A stretch of 64,000 nt of DNA from an uncultured Candidatus Saccharibacteria bacterium (GTDB lineage Bacteria; Patescibacteriota; Saccharimonadia; Saccharimonadales; Saccharimonadaceae), in the NCBI GenBank assembly GCA_947165465.1, contig CAMVAM010000003.1:29289-93288 (forward strand), given 5' to 3'. This document shows positions 60,549-64,000 of this stretch, one piece after another (within the stretch, counting starts at the first letter, position 1; every line of letters begins with the position of its first letter). Below the pieces are notes generated by a model. It made no database searches and was not told the origin of the DNA. It was given only the letters and a program-made list of their open reading frames with translations. The position numbers and the translations under genes were made by a program.

Positions 60549-61487
60549 ATGATTTGGAACGATTTAAAGAGACCATTTCTGATTTTAGCTCCGATGGAAG
60601 GCGTCACTGACGTGATTTTTCGTCAGGTGGTCGCACGCGCCGGTCGTCCGGATCTCTTTTTCACGGAATTTACCAATGTTTCGAGCTACGCCTCCGAAAA
60701 AGGCCGCGCTAACGCCCTCGAACGTCTTGAAATCGCTCCAACCGATTCCCCGATTATCGCTCAAATCTGGGGCAAAAACCCAGAACATTTCGCTGAGACT
60801 TGCGAGGCTCTCGAAGGGCTCGGCTTCTCTGGTGTCGACCTTAACTTTGGCTGCCCAGACAAGCACGTCAACAAAGCCGGCGGTGGCGCCGCTATGATTA
60901 AAACCCCAGACCTCGCCGTCGAATGTTTTCGTAATGCTAAAAAGTCTACGAATCTTCCGGTTTCAATTAAGACTCGCCTCGGTTGGGCCAAAGTCGAAGA
61001 ATACCAGGGTTGGCTTTCAACACTTTTAAACGAGCACCCGGCCGCCCTCACCGTCCACCTTCGTACTAAGAAAGAAATGAGCAAAGTCGACGCCCACTAC
61101 GAATTGATTCCGGAGATTATTAAACTCCGTAATTCCCTTAGTCCGGAAACCAAGCTAATTATTAATGGCGACATTAAAGATAAGTCCGCCGCTCTAAAAC
61201 TCCACGAAAAATATCCGGAAATTGATGGTTTTATGATTGGTCGTGGCGTTTTTACTAATCCATATTGTTTTACCGACCACACCGCTACCCGCGAAGAACT
61301 AATGGAACTCCTAAATTACCACCTAGATTTATATGAAGAAAAATCAAAAACTACCTATCTCTCCTACGAACCACTCAAACATTTCTTCAAAATGTACATC
61401 AACAACTTCCCTGGCGCTTCCGACCTCCGCGCCAAGCTGATGGAAACCCATTCCGTCTCCGAAGCCCGTGCTATAATAGAGTCATGA
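60549..61487 (+). CDS. tRNA-dihydrouridine synthase (Dus family)
   Basis: LAPMEGVTDVIFRQV, DLNFGCP (catalytic Cys region), TIM-barrel length. Confidence 0.88.
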   Translation: MIWNDLKRPFLILAPMEGVTDVIFRQVVARAGRPDLFFTEFTNVSSYASEKGRANALERLEIAPTDSPIIAQIWGKNPEHFAETCEALEGLGFSGVDLNFGCPDKHVNKAGGGAAMIKTPDLAVECFRNAKKSTNLPVSIKTRLGWAKVEEYQGWLSTLLNEHPAALTVHLRTKKEMSKVDAHYELIPEIIKLRNSLSPETKLIINGDIKDKSAALKLHEKYPEIDGFMIGRGVFTNPYCFTDHTATREELMELLNYHLDLYEEKSKTTYLSYEPLKHFFKMYINNFPGASDLRAKLMETHSVSEARAIIES

Positions 61488-62710
61488 AAATTGCATTATT
61501 AGGTTACGGCAAAGAAGGTAAAGCCGCCGAAAAGTATTTCAAAGAGAAATTTAATGCCGATTTCGAGATTTTCGAGAACTTCACTCGCGAAGAAATCGAA
61601 AAAAAGGATTTTTCCGGCTTCGATTTAGTGCTTCGTAGTCCTTCCGTGCCACCGCTTCATCTTAAAAACGAATCCAGTCTCACCCGCTATTTCTTTGATC
61701 ACTGCCCTTGCCCGATTATCGGCGTCACCGCTACTAAGGGTAAAGGCACCACTTGTTCGTTTATTAAATCACTGCTCGACGCCATGGGTGAAGATGCATT
61801 TATTGTCGGGAACATCGGCACTCCGGCCATCGAATCCCTCGATTCCCTTAAAGAAACCTCAGTTGTAGTTTACGAAATGTCCAGCTTCCAGCTCTGGGAC
61901 CTCGAAAAATCTCCACACGTCGCCGTCGTTGGCACCATCGAACCGGATCACTTAAACGTCCATAATGGTTTTGATGATTATGTGAACGCCAAAGCCAACA
62001 TCTGCCGCCATCAATCCACAGACGATTATTTAGTTTACTATTCCAAAAACAACGACACTAAAAGAATCGCGGATAATAGCAAAGCAAAGAAGCTTACTTA
62101 CCCATTTGATTTACCAAAAGATGTCGAAGAAGCCATCGTTATCCCTGGTGAGCACAACAAAATGAACGCCATGGCCGCTATCGCCGCCGTCGCTTGTTAC
62201 AAAAATATATCACCAGACGAATATTTAAGCACATATAAAACCGAGATTATTAATGGTCTTAAGAATTTCAAAGGCCTCCCACATCGTCTCGAATACGTCC
62301 GCGAATTAAATGGTGTTAAATATTATGACGATAATTTCTCTACCAATCCAGCTTCTACCAGGGTTGCGATTGATGCTTTCCCGAATAATTCCGTCGTCGC
62401 CATTATCGGTGGTCGCGACAAAACCGGAAACGTCGATCTCCCGGAAATCTACGAAGTTATTTCTGCGAAGAACGTGAAGAAAGTCGTCCTAATGGGCGAA
62501 TCTGGCCACGAAATCTTTAGCAGATGGCAAGATGACCGCTTTATCCTGGTCGAATCTCTTGAAGAAGCCGTGAACACCGCGAAATCAGAAGCCGAAAAAC
62601 TAGCTAGCGCCATCGTTCTGATGTCCCCCTCCGCTGCCAGCTTTGATATGTTTGAAAACGTCTATGATCGAGGCGCTAAATATCAAGCTTTAATTAAAAG
62701 CCTCTCTTAA
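61484..62710 (+). CDS. murD: UDP-N-acetylmuramoyl-L-alanine--D-glutamate ligase
   Basis: Short N-terminal Rossmann domain, P-loop GVTATKGKGTT, GLPHRLEYV. ATGA overlap with dus. Confidence 0.85.
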   Translation: MKIALLGYGKEGKAAEKYFKEKFNADFEIFENFTREEIEKKDFSGFDLVLRSPSVPPLHLKNESSLTRYFFDHCPCPIIGVTATKGKGTTCSFIKSLLDAMGEDAFIVGNIGTPAIESLDSLKETSVVVYEMSSFQLWDLEKSPHVAVVGTIEPDHLNVHNGFDDYVNAKANICRHQSTDDYLVYYSKNNDTKRIADNSKAKKLTYPFDLPKDVEEAIVIPGEHNKMNAMAAIAAVACYKNISPDEYLSTYKTEIINGLKNFKGLPHRLEYVRELNGVKYYDDNFSTNPASTRVAIDAFPNNSVVAIIGGRDKTGNVDLPEIYEVISAKNVKKVVLMGESGHEIFSRWQDDRFILVESLEEAVNTAKSEAEKLASAIVLMSPSAASFDMFENVYDRGAKYQALIKSLS

Positions 62711-63742
62711 TTCTTCCTCAGTCACCGGTTTTAATGTTTCCGGATTCACCACCGGTGTTACTACCGTACCGGTTCCCGGCGTTTCGATAGTATTCTTAAA
62801 CGGGTTTTCTTTTTCCGGTTCGGTCGGCGTGCCTTCGCCACCTTCTGAACCTTTATCTTTTTTGCCCTTACCAAGCTTCTTAATTAATAAGAAGATTAGG
62901 CCAAGCAGAATCAATGCACCTTCAGCGATTGCGATAATCATCCAAAGTGGCGATTCTTCTTCTTTTATGACCGGATTGTTATTTTCACATTTCGGGCAAG
63001 ACGGACAACTCGCTCTCAAGATTTCTACAACATAATCCTGTCTCGTACCGTCTTCGGCCGTCACAATCACTATGAATTTATTAGTGCCGATTTTAAGAAT
63101 CTGTTTCCCCACCGAACCGGTCACGGTCGCCTTGCTATCGGTCGTAGTTACATCAATATTAACTTCCGATACTTCGTTTGCAACTTCAATCTTATAGCTT
63201 TCGCCTTCAAGTTTGGCTTCTTCGTCACCAACTTTTACGGTCTTTACACTCGCATCACTACTTTTCTTCTCCGGTTCTGGAGTTGGAGTTGGAGTCGGTG
63301 TTGGGGTAGGTGTAGGAGTTGGAGTCGGTGTTGGGTCCGTGTGCGGTACCGGTACCGGCGCCGGATCTTTAACCGTTACTTGTATATTGCGTGTTACATC
63401 TAGATGCTCATCATCGTAGGTCGTCATATCCGTAGAATATACAGTAATGACTGTATTACCAGCCACTAAACCATTCACCGTAACAGTGACGCTACTATTG
63501 TCTAGGAATTCTTTTGCGGTCGAAACTGATGCCACGCCCGAGTTAGCTACGGAGATGTCTACTCGGCCGGCTGAATTCGTCGCGGTCACTTTAAAAGTCG
63601 CAGATTTGCCCTTCTCGATAGTGATCGAACCGGTTGATATGGTCATATCACCGGTCGCAAACGCTAACCCAGAAGGAAGAAGAATTGAAAAAGATAATAT
63701 AAAAGTAAGTAAAATTTTTTTGAGGTTCTTTACGGTCGCCAT
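62690..63742 (-). CDS. Surface protein: signal peptide, Ig-like (Big-type) domain, (TP)n linker, cadherin-like beta-sandwich domain, TM and cytoplasmic tail
   Basis: MATVKNLKKILLTFILSFSILLPSGLAFA, then TDPTPTPTPTPTPTPTPTPTPEPE, then SDASVKTVKVGDEE...NKFIVIVTAEDGTRQDYVVEILR, then WMIIAIAEGALILLGLIFLLI. The 3' end overlaps the murD 3' end by 21 nt (convergent). Confidence 0.65.
   Translation of the reverse strand: MATVKNLKKILLTFILSFSILLPSGLAFATGDMTISTGSITIEKGKSATFKVTATNSAGRVDISVANSGVASVSTAKEFLDNSSVTVTVNGLVAGNTVITVYSTDMTTYDDEHLDVTRNIQVTVKDPAPVPVPHTDPTPTPTPTPTPTPTPTPTPEPEKKSSDASVKTVKVGDEEAKLEGESYKIEVANEVSEVNIDVTTTDSKATVTGSVGKQILKIGTNKFIVIVTAEDGTRQDYVVEILRASCPSCPKCENNNPVIKEEESPLWMIIAIAEGALILLGLIFLLIKKLGKGKKDKGSEGGEGTPTEPEKENPFKNTIETPGTGTVVTPVVNPETLKPVTEEELREAFN
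63273..63337. repeat. Hexanucleotide-type coding repeat encoding the Thr-Pro linker
   Basis: ggttctggagttggagttggagtcggtgttggggtaggtgtaggagttggagtcggtgttgggtc. Confidence 0.8.
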
Positions 63743-64000
63743 TCGCCAGTCCCGTCCATAATATATAGTCTAACTTTTACGTAATCGGCAGAAGTGATTG
63801 TGTTATTTTTATTGATATCGGCAGCGAACCAAGTCTTGGATTGATAAGCTATTGTCTCGCTTTCCATAATATGCTTCTTAATCTTGATGTAGTCACCAGA
63901 GTTTACTAAACCATCGCCATTTACATCACCAAGGAATGCTAGAACATAGTCAAAGTTTACACCACCAATCGTAATTCTGAGAATATCACCGGTTTTCACT
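63730..64000 (-). CDS. C-terminal end of a larger protein carrying a dockerin-like double EF-hand repeat (5' part outside the window)
   Basis: DVNGDGLVNSGDYIKIKKHIM and ADINKNNTITSADYVKVRLYIM are two dockerin-type Ca-binding repeats. The frame is open to the window edge. Confidence 0.6.
   Translation of the reverse strand, partial: VKTGDILRITIGGVNFDYVLAFLGDVNGDGLVNSGDYIKIKKHIMESETIAYQSKTWFAADINKNNTITSADYVKVRLYIMDGTGEWRP

Noticed and set aside
62690-62710. The 21-nt convergent overlap of the murD and surface-protein 3' ends as a regulatory antisense feature.
   Set aside because: The overlap is short, has no associated structure, and is common in compact genomes. It is noted only as a sign of tight packing.
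1-64000. Alternative genetic code (UGA recoding), as in some CPR lineages.
   Set aside because: Long intact ORFs are obtained with the standard code. RF2, which decodes UGA, is present. TGA serves as a genuine stop, for example the dus stop at 61485-61487 in an ATGA overlap with murD.

Overview
This is a dense 64-kb bacterial window, almost entirely transcribed from the minus strand. It reads cleanly in the standard genetic code: RF2 is present and TGA is used as a stop.

Content:
- Housekeeping genes: leuS (5' partial), ftsE-ftsX followed by a coiled-coil CHAP hydrolase and a Ctp protease, pheST, metG, ldh, sbcB, prfB, a Dus-family gene and murD.
- A run of large orphan envelope and surface proteins.
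- Secreted peptidoglycan hydrolases.
- The S10/spc ribosomal-protein block, rplC through rplO.

Main finding: the universally adjacent genes rpsH (S8) and rplF (L6) are separated by about 14.65 kb. The gap holds 14 co-oriented genes that form a Wzx/Wzy-type cell-surface polysaccharide locus:
- regulators: LCP, a Wzz/BY-kinase fusion and a CpsB phosphatase;
- sugar-nucleotide enzymes: Ugd and a UDP-GlcA 4-epimerase;
- assembly enzymes: Wzx, Wzy, GT2, GT4, an acetyltransferase and an Alg13/Alg14-like pair;
- two TupA-like ATP-grasp amidoligases, one of them fused to the Alg13-like domain;
- an orphan MazF/PemK-like toxin.

The ribosomal block also lacks L30 and L29. S10 is not upstream of rplC, and secY is not downstream of rplO. 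L30 loss together with the general gene content suggests a Patescibacteria/CPR (Saccharibacteria-like) origin, but this is inference only.

Other points worth a second look:
- About 14 genes have a (TGn)TATAAT box only 6-7 nt upstream of the ATG, which implies leaderless mRNAs.
- A two-gene cassette (secreted bifunctional cell-wall hydrolase plus membrane-anchored partner) is duplicated, and both hydrolases share the N-terminal motif NNILFYDPYG.
- A roughly 150-bp near-perfect palindrome lies between two divergent leaderless promoters.
- A GC-rich nested-hairpin element lies in the leuS/GT4 convergent gap.
- Many ribosomal proteins carry Lys/Ala-rich C-terminal tails.

I found no rRNA, tRNA, CRISPR array, transposase or integrase.
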